Shown: piece after piece, positions 29,495-41,500 of the stretch
Numbering within the stretch: the first letter of the stretch is position 1
How the letters are laid out: every line of letters starts with the position of its first letter
Assembly (NCBI GenBank): GCA_013239625.1
Contig: MU054575.1
Location: 185,687-249,686, forward strand
Reading direction: 5' to 3'
Length of the DNA stretch: 64,000 bases
From: Lama guanicoe
Taxonomy: Eukaryota
Program-made: the position numbers and the translations under genes
Notes under the pieces: generated by a model
What the model was told of the DNA's origin: nothing
The model's input: only the letters and a program-made list of their open reading frames with translations
Databases searched by the model: none

Positions 29495-32443
29495 TGGGCC
29501 GCTGGCTACAGGAGTGTCCTTTCTGGGCCGGACTGGTGGGCAGAGGCCCCGCTCCTCCATGGCCTCCCAAGATGCCTGGGGCAGGCAGCCCGGCTCTGGG
29601 GTGCAGCTCTGGGAAGCCCCCAGCTCAGGCCAGACTCTGATTCTGTCCCGTCTCCCTCACTGGGAGGACTGCACCCCTCTTTGCACTCGGCCTGAGGCCC
29701 CCTCGTGTGTCTGAGGGGCCCTCAGGGTGTAGGGAGCAGTCTGAGAGGGGATTCGGGGGGGCCGCGAGCTCTGAAGACGATTCCTTCTTGACTCTCTGCT
29801 TGCAGGGCCCCCGCCTGGGAAGAACGTGTGTGTGTGCAGGTGTGTGTGAGGGTGTGTGTGCAGTTCGCGCTCACGTGTTTTTGAGGGAGGCGAGGCCTGG
29901 CACCGGAGAGCCAGCAGGCAGAACCCAGCGTCTCAGGGGCCGGGGCCGGATGAGGGCTACCCCTCCCGTGAGCAGGACCCTGTCCCCATGTGCCACCAAC
30001 CTGAGCCGTGGTAAGGGGACAGGGGCCTGTGTCCAGGGCCTGGCCTTGGTCCCCTGGCTGGGGCGTGGACCTTCTCCCCTCCTCTCCTGGGAGGCAAGGA
30101 AGCTGCAGCACTGGAAAGACGGAGGATGGTGGGCTGCATTTTTGGGGGGCCTGACTAAGGCCGACACAGCTGGGCCTTCCCAACCTGACCTGGAGACAAG
30201 GTGGGCACTGTGAGGGTCCTCAGCACCCCGCTTTCCCATCCTGGCTTCTGGGCTCTCCCACATCGGCGGGCAGCTCGCAGGTTTGGGAGCTAAGGGCCCC
30301 CTGCAAGGCCGCCTACTTGCCTTCCCCACGGGCTCCTGCTGCCAGCGGTGGCCTCCGTCCTGGTCTGGGACACCCCCTGCGTGTGGGCCCCGGCCTGTCT
30401 GAGGGTCCCCAGGTGATTTGCAAATGTAGATTCTGTTTGGTTCCATTTAAGAGAGGAGGGAGGGGAGAGTTTCTTCGGAAACCACCTTGCTGGCCCCGGA
30501 CCAAGGGTAGGAAGCGAGGGCTTTTTCCTTTGAAAAAGACTTTCCCTATTGAAAGCAAGTTTTCTCTTTTTATTTTTTTTTTTCAAGGAAAATAATTTCA
30601 GATTCCGTTTTTCCTTATGTGCCTTCCAGACAGGGAACCCTCCAAGGCCTGGGGACCCCAGGCTGGCGGCCCTCACCTCCAGGCAGACAGGTCCCCCCAG
30701 GCTCCCAGGGTCACCACTGTCCCTTACGAGGCCACCTGGGCTGTGAGCTGAGGCTGCATCTCAACACTTGCTCCCAAGGGCTGGGGAGTCCAGGAGGCTG
30801 GGTGTAGGAGCTGGCAGGTGGGGGCATGGGTGGACAAGCAGTCCCTGGGGAGGGCCTTGGAGGTGGCTCTGGGAGAGGGGCTTGCTGGGTGACCAGCCAG
30901 TGACCAGGCTGAGCAGACACCCCAAGAGGAGGAGGGGCTCCCCTAGGCCTTCAGCTCTTCCCCAGGCCGACCCACAGCAGACAGCTGGCCGCCTTCCAGC
31001 CCCCTCCCCAGGCCGGGGTGTCTTCCCCCTCTGCCTCCCCACCTCCAGGCCTCCCCTGTCCCTGAGATCCCCCTCTGACCTCCAGCCCTGGCTCCCCAGT
31101 GTGTGCCAGTGTCCTGGCCCCTGTGGGATGGCATAAAGGATGACAGAGGTCACAGATGTGCCCCGCAGAAAGAAGGAAAGAGAAGTCTCTCTGCAGCCGG
31201 AGCATTCAGGGCCCGTGTGCGGGGTCCTGGTCACGCCCAGCCCCGTCATCCAGCACGGGCTCTTCCTGGCCGCTCCCCTCCACCCGGCGTGTCCCGGGCC
31301 CTGCAAGGGTGGGGCCGCTGCTGTCTCCCTTTGCCTCGAAGGGCTCCATCCCCCCAGGCTCCCCTCTTCAGCCAACAGGCACATTCCTGAGGGTCAGCCA
31401 AGCGGGCTGAGGGGTCCCAGGGACTCCAAGCCCCTCTGCCAGCTCTGTCCATGTCCAGGGTGGATGACAGGTCTGCCCGCTCGGCCCCTGCAGACCACCT
31501 TCCCCCGAAGGAGAGGTGGGAAGCTGGCTGCTCAGGAGGGCGTGGGGAGGACCGCCTGGGCAGAAAGCCTCGGCCTCCTGAGGACGACTGGTCCAGGCCG
31601 TCCGCGTGCACGCCCCCACCCGCTCGCATCCCTCTGTGCTGCCCACACTGGGTCCCCTGGGCTGGAAAGAGTGCCCCGCACCTGCTCGCTGCCCGGATTC
31701 GGGTGCAAGAGGGCAGGATCTGCCCCTCCCCGCAGCGCCAGGTGGACTGTCGTCTCCCAGGGCAGGCACTGCCCACTGTTGCTGTCTGCCCTACCCGGGC
31801 TCCTGCCACCCAGACGGGCCTGAATGACCGCATCACCCATGGGAGCCCACCAGAGAACCCAAAGAAACGTCAGGAACCCTCACTCGCATGCCCTAACTCT
31901 TAGCTTCTCAGGGACCACATTCCCGTCCCCTGATGTCTGCTGGTGGGTGGGGCCCTGTCCTCTCCTGACGGGGCTGTGCTGGGGAGCATGGGTGGGACTC
32001 CAGCAGCAGAGCCTGCACCCTGGTGGGGAGCCCCAGACAGCTGCCGGTGTCCCCTTGACTGGCACGGAGGACAGCCGTCGGACTGGGCTGACCAGTGAGG
32101 GATGGGTGCTTGATTGCTTGGCACGTGTGGCCATGGAGGGCTTGGTCCCTGCAGAATGCCCACTGTGTACCCACCGCAGGGGACGATCCAGGGTGCCAAG
32201 GAGAGGACAGGGTGGGACAGGGCCTTGGACTTGGACGTGGGCACTCATGGGCCAGGAGAGCTGGCCAGGATGAGGAGGACAAGGGCACAGGCTTGGAGCT
32301 GGGTCCTCGTGGGCAGGGGGCGTCCAGGGGAGGGGACAGTGAGCAGGGGCCAGAGAGAAGGGGAGGGGTGGTCAGTACTGGCATGTGCACCCTGGGAGCT
32401 CAGAGGCGCCCATCCCCAAACCGAGGGAGGCCCGTCCTACACT

Positions 32444-32520
32444 GCACTTGACTGATGGGGAAACTGAGGCCCTGAGAGGGAGCTGAGTCTGCTCAAGGCC
32501 ACAGAGCCAGGAGTGCGCAG
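32444..32520 (-). mobile_element. MIR SINE core fragment
   Basis: gatggggaaactgaggccctgagagg...ctgctcaaggccacagagc. Confidence 0.7.
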
Positions 32521-35500
32521 CAAACCTCCCGTCCCTGCGCACCTCTCTGGGAGGGCTCTGGGTGGCTTCTCTTGATGGGAGTCTCCAGGCAAATGGGCGG
32601 ACGCTCTGGTTGGGCGTCCCACGTGCCACAGAGCCCCAGGGCCTCTCAAGCCGCAGTCCCTGCTGTCCCCGTGGGTGCCAGCGGAGAGGGGTGGCAGTGG
32701 CGGGGCTGGGCAAGGCCAGCGGGATGGCTCCCAGCGAGAACCTGCCAAGTGTTCCAGGAAGCGCCTTTCCAAGGAGCCAAGCTGCGCAGAGCGGGCTCCC
32801 CAGCCGCTCGTCCCGGACCAAGGAAAGCAAACACGGGGAGCGGGAAGCACTTGAAAGCAAGAAACTTTAGCAAGTGAGAGCGGGTGAGGCCTTGGCCTCC
32901 AGGAGCCACGTCACACGCAAACACGGCACGGGGCCACCGCCCCCGCCGGGGGCCGCCCGCCGCCGCGTTCTTTCCACTGCCCGCAGCTGCTCCTCTCGGC
33001 CCCCCTGCCTGGCCTCTCTCCCCGGCCCAGCCCGCGCAGCCTGCCCCGTGAGGCCCCACCGTCTGCGTGGGACAAGGAAGCAGGTCCCTTCCAACCGGGG
33101 CTCCCTGGGGGAACCACAGCCTCTGCCTGCCCTCCCTGCCCAGCCCAGCCTGCCCACAGACCCCCGGCAGGGGGAAAGGGGGCTGAGACAGGCAGGGCAG
33201 CGGGTGCAGGGTGATTCCGAGTGCAGGAGCCTCGTGCTGGGGGCAGCCAGCCCCCTGACTGCCCAGATGTCCCTGAGGGCCACTTCAGGGCACGGCTATT
33301 TCCAGCCCCATGGCTCGGTTCTCCTCTTCCCAAAGAGGCAGGGAATGTGGGCACTGGGGACAGCTGAGACCCCAAAAAGGGCATGAGCTGCTGAGGTGAC
33401 AGCAGTAAAAATGGAAGGGCAGTGGCCGTGCTCGGGTTTCCTTGCTCCCCCTGCCACCGTGTCCCCTCTGCCTTGCACGCACCCCTCACCCCCAAGCTTC
33501 CAGGCCCGATAGGGGAAGTGGCCAGACAGGGGTTGTCACAACAGGTGTGGTGCACAGAACGAGGTGGGTTCCAGCGGGGCACTGGGGCCTGTACCCCTTT
33601 GCCCACGAAGCCAGCGGCTCTGTGCTGGGGCCCAAGGGGTCCCTCCATCCATAAAGCCAAGGAGACCAAGCTCCCCCTCCTCCGCACTGAGCCAGGACCA
33701 CCCAGCTCTTATCTGAAGGCTGGGGACCAGAGGGGGCTGGTGGGAGGGGCGTGGGCGCTGACCAGCCTGGACCTTGAGCGCTTGCACCCCCTTCCCACCC
33801 CACGTCTTGTCCCCAGCAGGGGACATCCTTACGGTCCTTTCTGGCCAGCTGTTCCCTCCCATCTCCACAGGCTGCGAGTGGCAGCCCCAGCTGCTGCAGC
33901 CTGCCTGGCCCCGGCCCACTGCCAGGCGCCCCCGCCAGTCCCCTTCCTGGCTCGTGGTGGGTGCGGGGCGCTCGGAGGGGCCGTCGGCCTTTTTTGGGCC
34001 TGTCCACCCCTGGGCACCTGAGCCTCCAAGGAGAGGCCAGTCAGCACAGCCACCCGCACGAACGCGTGGGCCAGTGGACAGCGGCTATTTCGGGCCGGGT
34101 GTTGGCTTCCCCGTCCTCTGCCCAAAGAGGAAGGGAATGTGGACGTCTGCCTGACAGGCGCCGGCCGGGCGCCCCACGACACCGAAAAGGGCAGTGAGGG
34201 CCGGGCGGAGAGGCCACCTCGGGCTGCCCACCTCTCCTCTCATGCACTGTCTCAGGGGCTTCAGTCACAGTGGTTCCAGGGCCCCACCGTCACTGCCTTC
34301 CCAAACCCACATTCTTGGGAGCTGGCCCCTCTCAAGGGCGGCCGAGCAGAGGGTGGGCGTGTGCAGCTCCATGCTGGCCCAGTGGGCCTCAGGGACCCCA
34401 CTGCCCCCGTGTGGCCCCCAGGCCTTTCGGGCGGCCCGCCTGGCTCTCCACGCCTGGGCAGGAAGGCTTAGCTTTGAGGCTGGGCCCACCGGGTCTCAGA
34501 GGACAACCAGAACTCCCTCCTCTGCACACTAGTGGGGCAGGGGGCTGGCGCAGGTTCAGGCCAAGATGTGGAGCATCTTAGGGAGGCGTCCCTCGGCCGG
34601 CCTGGTGTCCTGGGGAGGAGGCCACCTCCATCCTGAAGGCATGGCAGGTGACTGGTACACAGGCCCCAGCTGAGCACTCCCGCAGGACGGACAATGAACG
34701 TGACCTTCTCTGCCCTCCCCCAAGTGTCTCCTCTCCTCGTCTGCCCTCTGCTCCCAGAAAGCCGGAGCATACCCAAGCAGGCCTGCCCTCGGGCCACTGG
34801 GAGCTCAGCCCTCCCTGTGTGGCCAGGCAGCCAGTGGGCTCACTGCTGTCCAGAGCCGAGGAGGGCAGGAGTGCACGCTTCGCCCAGAGGGCAGCGGGCA
34901 GAAGCGATGGGTAGGACTGTGCCAGCTCAGCCAGCGTGCTGTGAGCGCCCCGGGTGTGGGCCCGCCCTGAGGGCCGTGTCCTCCCCGAGATTCCCTGGAG
35001 CGTGCGTCCCGGGGCTGAACACACCCGAGAACACACTTGCAGGAGGCCCATTTTCCTTCCCAGGAAGTGTGCAAAATGGGCAGGGTTTGCCGAGACGGCC
35101 AAACCGCTCTTGCCCCGGGGCTCTGCCGAGCAGCCAGGAGCACAGATGCTCCAGGCAGGGTACCTAGGCCCTGGCCTGCGACCCCCAAAACAGAGCCGGG
35201 CTGTCCTACCGCTTCCAGGGCGGAGCTCCCACTGAGCCCCAGGGCTGTCCCAGCCCACGGCCCCCACCCCATCCCTGGCCATGCCTACCTGCCGCTCCCT
35301 CACCTTGGGCAATGGGGACCAGGGGCCGGCAGCCCTCCCAGCTCAGCCTGCTGCTGTAGAGCGGGGTGTGGGTGGGGGCAGTAGGGGTGGCCGCGCAGCG
35401 GAGCCCGAGTTCAGTTCAGCCTGCGGGGCCCGGAACTTTCTTCTGACTACATGCCTTGAAGCTGGGACCAGAGGCCTCCCCTGCACCGGAGGCTACTGGG

Positions 35501-38500
35501 GGAGTGTTGGCTGGAGTAGGGGACTTGAGAGAGTGAATTGTGGGCCTCAGAGCCAGTGCCAGGCAGGAGCGCCCGCCAGCTTGGGGAGACTCCGGATCAG
35601 GACCAGAGGTAGCTCTGCCCGCAGGGAGCTTGCGGTCTCCCTGGGAGGACACTAATGCTGTAATGCTGGACCCCAAACTGGGCCTGCTGGAGCAGCGCAG
35701 AACTAGCAAACTAGAGGTGTACCCCTCCTGGGGCGCTGGGCCTGGTTTGGGGTCCAGCATTTGCCCCCAGGCCAGGGGCTTTGGCCAAGCGGTCTCCATG
35801 TCTCTCAGCAAGACCAGGAGAGCAGGCCAGGGGTCTCGGGCAGCAAGGCTGAGGCTGGAGCCCCTGAGCCCAGAGATTTCGGCCCAGGCCAGCACGCAGG
35901 CAGGCTGGGGCCGCAGGGCTGGTGGCTGTGCCTCCCTGGAAGGGTGCACTGATGGTCACCCTGGGGGCTTCAGGGCTGCTCCTGGGTCCCACCTCCTTTC
36001 CCTCCTCAATTTTCCAGACCCTCCCAGGGACCCCCTCACCTCGGCGGCCCCCCTGCCGTTCGGTTAGCCAGGCGCAGTGGGAACAGATGCTGGTCCCAGT
36101 GAGGGGCCAGCGGTGCGGGCTGTGGGGAAGGGGCTTTGTGGAGCCCTGACTGTTGCAAGAACTGATGGAGGGTCCCAGGTGGCCTTCAGTGGTGGGGGGA
36201 GTGCAGCCATGACCCCCAGTGTCCCCCTACCAGCCACCTGCCCCAGGCAGGTGAGACCCAGCCTGGGTGGGAGGCAGGCAGAGGTCAGGGTGATTGGGCC
36301 CCCAGGGGACAGGCCCCTCCCTAGGTGTCCTTCCCCAGGGTCCCAGGGAGCATGGCAGCTCCGGCTTCCATCCACCTGAGTCTCCACTCCTCAGTCTGTG
36401 GGGCAGACAGTCAGGCCTGGGTCACCCCAGAATGGGGCCAGGAGAGCAAGGTGGGCGTTAGCATGGGGGTCTTTCCCCACCATCCACCTGCAGGCCGTAG
36501 TCTCAGGCAGGGCCACATGGTGGCTGGCCCTCCCTTCAGCCGTGGAGCCCAGGAATATGTGGGGTCCAGACATGTCCCCGCCAGGAAGTAGCCGCCTTGC
36601 CAAAGGTGCCCAGGCTGGAGAGTCTCCTGAAACAGTCATGGCGTTGGCAACCATGACCCCGACATGGGGTGCCCTGGCCAGGGTCCCCGAGGTGCCCCTA
36701 AAAGGCTGTGTCAATAAGGATTTGTTGAAATATCTCTGAGGGGGCCTGTGGGGGCCCTTCTGTGGCATGACTCATCTCTGGATGCTGCGGGCACCGGGGC
36801 CCTGCCAGGATATCTTAAAGCGCCCCCCGCCCCACCGCTGACATGCTGCCGAGGGCAGCGCGGGGCGGATTTTGGGACTTTGGTTTGGATAGAGGGGCCA
36901 GGGATGCTTCTGGGGCCAAGAAGCCGGGCGGCCAGAAAGCGCTGAGGGTAGATGGTGGCAAGAGGCAGGTCCAGGGGCCGCAGGAGGCAGGCAGGAGGGG
37001 ACTGAGGGGCCGCTGACTGCAGTGCCGCAGCCTTAGAGTGACAAGCGGCTTCCCAGGGCAAGGCGGCCCTGCCAGGGTCGCCTCCGTCTGTACACTCGGT
37101 CTTGTTGCCCCGAGGCGCACCAGGGCCCTCGCACAGGGAGGCTTTGTGGAGGCAATGATTTACGAGGTGCAGCTCCAGGTGGGGACGATAGGTGTGGGGC
37201 TGGCATCGGGGGTCAAGGGGTGTCCCGGAGGCCCTGCCAACCTGAGGTGGGTAGCTCAGCGTCCAGCAAGATGGCAGCAGCCCGGGGAACCCGGCAAGCA
37301 CGCCAGGGTCTGAGCTGGGAGGTGGGGTGTCCTGGTTAGCTCGGTGTGCCCAGCCCCGGGGTGGGGGCTCCTGGGGTCCTGTTGAGTGAGGACAAGCCGG
37401 CAGCCCTGCCTCATCGGGCTGTGGACCGTGCTCGTGACACGTGGGACACACCCCCTGTCCCGGCTTGGTCCTGAAGCCCAGAGGACCAGGGGAGCGTGGG
37501 GAGGGGCAGAGTGCGTGGTGGCTGCTCTGCCCCCGGGGCTTCTGCACCCGCCCCGGCCTTCCCCAAGTGCACCCCACACCTGAGAAGCTTTAGGGGGTGG
37601 CCCTGGCCCCCACAACCTCACTAGTCCTCACCTCTCAACTGCCCGCTGGGCCCACTCCACTGCCTGGAAACCTTCACACCACATCCCAAAGTCTGGGGCA
37701 GACTTCACATCTCCCAGCACATTTTAGGGTGGAGACTCCCCTTTGTTGACACTCTAGGAAGCCTTCCTGGTCCCTCTGGCCCTGGGACACCCCCATGCTG
37801 GCCTCTGCCACCCAGCAGGTGCCAGAGCCCCAGAGGCCTTGGTTCCTGCTGCTGGAGTGAACCACCCGCAGGGCCCGTCCCAGAGAAGACCCAGCTCTCG
37901 GCCAAGGCCAGCTGGGCGGGGCCCTGAGCCGCAAGCACCCCGGGGGGCCGGGAGCCTTGGAGGGGAGCTGTGGGTGGCGGGGCCAGCAGGGAGCCCTCTT
38001 TGTCTGGGCCTGCTGTCCTGCCTGCACTTCACACTGTGAACCCCGAGACTGCCTTGGGTACCCCCACACAGAGCCTTAGCAAGCTGGAGAGGCTCCTCTC
38101 CCCAGGCGCTGGCCGGAGTTTGGGTAGGCTGGCCGCCTGCGTCCTTGGCTCCCTGGAACCCTGAGTTCCTGGCGGGGAGGAAGCAGGCTGGGCCGGCCTC
38201 GGAGTTGCTAGGAGTGCCCGGGCCTGCGGCTCTCTCTAATTGCTCTTTCTAAGAAATCCCTCAAAATCTTTCACAGGGAGAAAAGCCTGGAGGAGTGGGC
38301 CCAGCCCCTCCAGGTGGCTGGTGGTGGGAGCCGGTGGTGGGAGCTGGTGGCTCTGGGACGGCGGGGGTGCCATCAGCTCAGAGCCAGACCCAGAGGTGAC
38401 TCTCCCCGGAGGCTGCACTCTGGCTCGGGTGCCAGGGCTCCCCAGGCCGACCCTCAGTGGGGCCCTCAAACTCCGCTCTGCTCTGGCTCCTCCTCCTCGC

Positions 38501-41500
38501 CCCACTCGTGCTGCAGCCCCAGGCCCAGCAGGCCCGCAGCGCTAGAGCAGCCTAGCCCTGGGACTCGGGCAAGAGGAAGCAGTGAGACCCAGGGGAGGCC
38601 GAGCCGCCCCGCCACGGCCCCAGATGCCCGCACAGGGGGCACTTACCGCCCGAGCCTCGGGCCGGCCTGCGGGCCGCGGAACCAGGAGTGGGTCTGGGCA
38701 GAGCCGCCCCCACCGCAGCCGGTCTGGGACCACAGGCCTGGAGAGCCAGGACTCTTTCCGCCAGGGCCAGGGAAGCAGGGCAGGAGGGGCCAGGGCTGCA
38801 GCCTGGGGGAGCCCTAGGAATCTGAGAGACACCTCACTCGGGGTTGCATTTTGTGTCCCTGGCCTGGGACACTTTACCCTGGGGCATGGGGCTTAAGGAC
38901 CCTGTGTGGGCTCTTCCTCCTGCTGGCCGCCCTGACATCCCTTCTACTCCCCTCCCCGCCTGCCTCCCCCTCTTCTGTCTGCAGCCGTGCTTTCCGCAAG
39001 TGGGCACTTGGCCTCTACCTCCCCAACCCAGCTGAAGCCCTTTAGTGCCCCATTGCGTCTTGCTAAGGGACACCAAGATCTCCACTACTGGCTGGCAGGG
39101 GGGCCCCACTGCTTTCTTGGCGTGTGGGAGGCTCAGCCAATGTCTCCCCATCGGCCAGTGGGGAGCCCAGCGACGGTCCAGGACTCCTGTGGGCAGACCC
39201 CAGGGTGGCCAGGGAGAGAATTAGGGGAACAGGCAGCTGGGAGGGGCTCCCAGTTCTGTCCCACTCAGGACAGCAGTGCCCACTCTTAGGTGGCAGGGGA
39301 GGCCAGGCCCATGCCTGGGTGACGCATGGAAATGCAGGAAGGGAAGCAGGGGAGAAGAGGGGTTGCTGAGGCTGGACCCAGGCTGCCAACGACAGCCACA
39401 CAGGCCCTGGGGAGGGGGGAAGAGCAGCTGCCAGGGCTGGCGGGGGGTCCCCGGCCCCTACACAGAAGGACACAGCCGAGGGCCCGGCTGGAACCTGGGC
39501 CCCAGTCCTGAGGGTGGAGGCCAGCGCTGGCCACGACCTCACCAAGGCCCCATCTCCCCGCACCCCGTTCCCTCCCAACTGGCGCCCCGCCCTCTCATCA
39601 GTGCGGCCCAGCCAGGGTGCCGGGGGCCCAGGCCGCAGGACGGCACGGGCAGCTACTTTCTCATGGAGAGGTATTTCCGACCCCAGCCGCCCGGGAGAGG
39701 CCTTCCCGGGGGCCCAGCTTCCCCTTCCTCACTAACCCTGCTTCCTGTGTTTATCCCGCTGGGCCCAGAAGGAAGCTGCCTTGGAGACAGCCGTGCGAGG
39801 GAGGGTCCGCAGGGTCGGGGGCAGCTGGGGCGGCTGGTGCAGGCCCACGTCCTCGGAGCCACTGGGGGTCTCAAGGAAGGGCTGGTGGGGCAGAAGGGAC
39901 CTGTGGTCATCAGTGTGTTGAGAGGGCACAGGAGATGAGGAGGTGACGGGCAGGACAGCAGGAAGGCCCCCCCGAGGCGGCGACGGAGGCTTGGGCGGCC
40001 TGAGGAGGTTCGGGACAGGGCGGGGCGCGGGCTGCAGGCTGGGCGGCAGGACTTGGGTGGAGCCCACGGGAGAGGACAGTAGCCGGTCCAGGACTAGGGG
40101 CCGAGGGGTGGGTGCTCAGCTGGGGGCAGGGCCTCCGGCCCAGAGGCCAGCAGTGTGGATGTGGGTCCCCGGCCAGCCACCCCGGTGGATGGGGGACACT
40201 GTCTTGAGTCACAGCTGAGTCCCCATAGCCTGCTCAGTCCCTGGGGCCCCAGGGCTGCCGAATCCTCACAGAACTGCCGTGCGGCAGGAACAGGGGGCCC
40301 TCACGGCCTCCAGCCAGGGGTCCAGCCCAGGGCCCGCCTTGGGACTGCTGTGAGGCAGGCCCTCCCTCCAAATGCCACCTCGAAACCCTACTGTTCCCCA
40401 CTAGAGCAGATTCAGAGACACCCTGGGGTCAGTGCTCCAGGCCACTCAGGGCAGGCGAGGGTCTTGTCCGAGATGGAGGAGGCAAAAGCTTCTGACGGCG
40501 GAGGTGCCTCTAGTCAGAGGGCCCAGACCTTCACCTGCTTAGGGTGGGTCAGGGGCGGAGGACCCTGCAGGGCTGGGGGAGGGGGCTGGGCAGATGCCTG
40601 GAGGTGCTCTGGCTTCAGCCCAAGCAGAGTCCCTCCTCACCAGGGTTCAAGCTCAGGGCTGAAGGGTCAGTGCCAGTCCACAGCCCTGGGGATGCCCCCT
40701 CCCCAGGCAGAAGCCAAAGGGCTGGGCTCCTCTCCCCCAGCAGGCTGGGGCCCTCAGTCAGATAATGCCTCATTGTCCAATTTAAGCCCAAATTAGCTGC
40801 AACCTTGGCCTGGAAAAACAGGTCTGGCAGGGAAGCGGCCGGGGCGCTGGGGTTCCGGAGGGAGAGCAGGAGGTCCGGGAGGATGCAGCCGGGCCTGGAG
40901 GGCCAGATAAGGCCTGAGGCTGTGGCTGTACCCGCCGGTCCAGCTCTGTGGCTGAGCGAGTCGCCGGATGTGGCCCTGAAGAGGTGGGCAGGTGGACGGG
41001 GTGCCCTGCTCCCTCTCGGTCTCAGCATCCAGAGCAGGGCCTGGATCCCACATTCCCCCGAGGAGGCCCTGGGGAGACCCCAGTGCTGACAGGGAGGGGG
41101 ATCTCAGGCCACCCCAAGACCCATGGACAGGAGTCAGGCAGGCTGCCCTGAGGGTGACGGGAAGGTCTAGGGTGCAATGGCCCAAGCGGGGCCCTTCCCA
41201 AGGGGGGAAACGCAGCCACGCTGGGTGATTCGGAGATGAGCCCCGAGGCCATGCCTGGAAGGTGGTCGGGGGGCACCTCTGCCACGGGAGTGGGCGTCTG
41301 AGGAGGGACAGTCCCGCCCTGAGGTTGGCCAGACACAGGGCAAGACGGAGTCACCACTCAGACCTGGGAGTGGGCCCTGAGTGTTTCGGGGAACAGGTCA
41401 CAGCAAGGCCCTGGAGGCGAGGAGGCAGGTGCCAGATCTCAGAGCGCGGGCCCCCAGGGTCCGCAACATCTACTGTTGGAAGCCTGGTCCTGCTGGCTCG

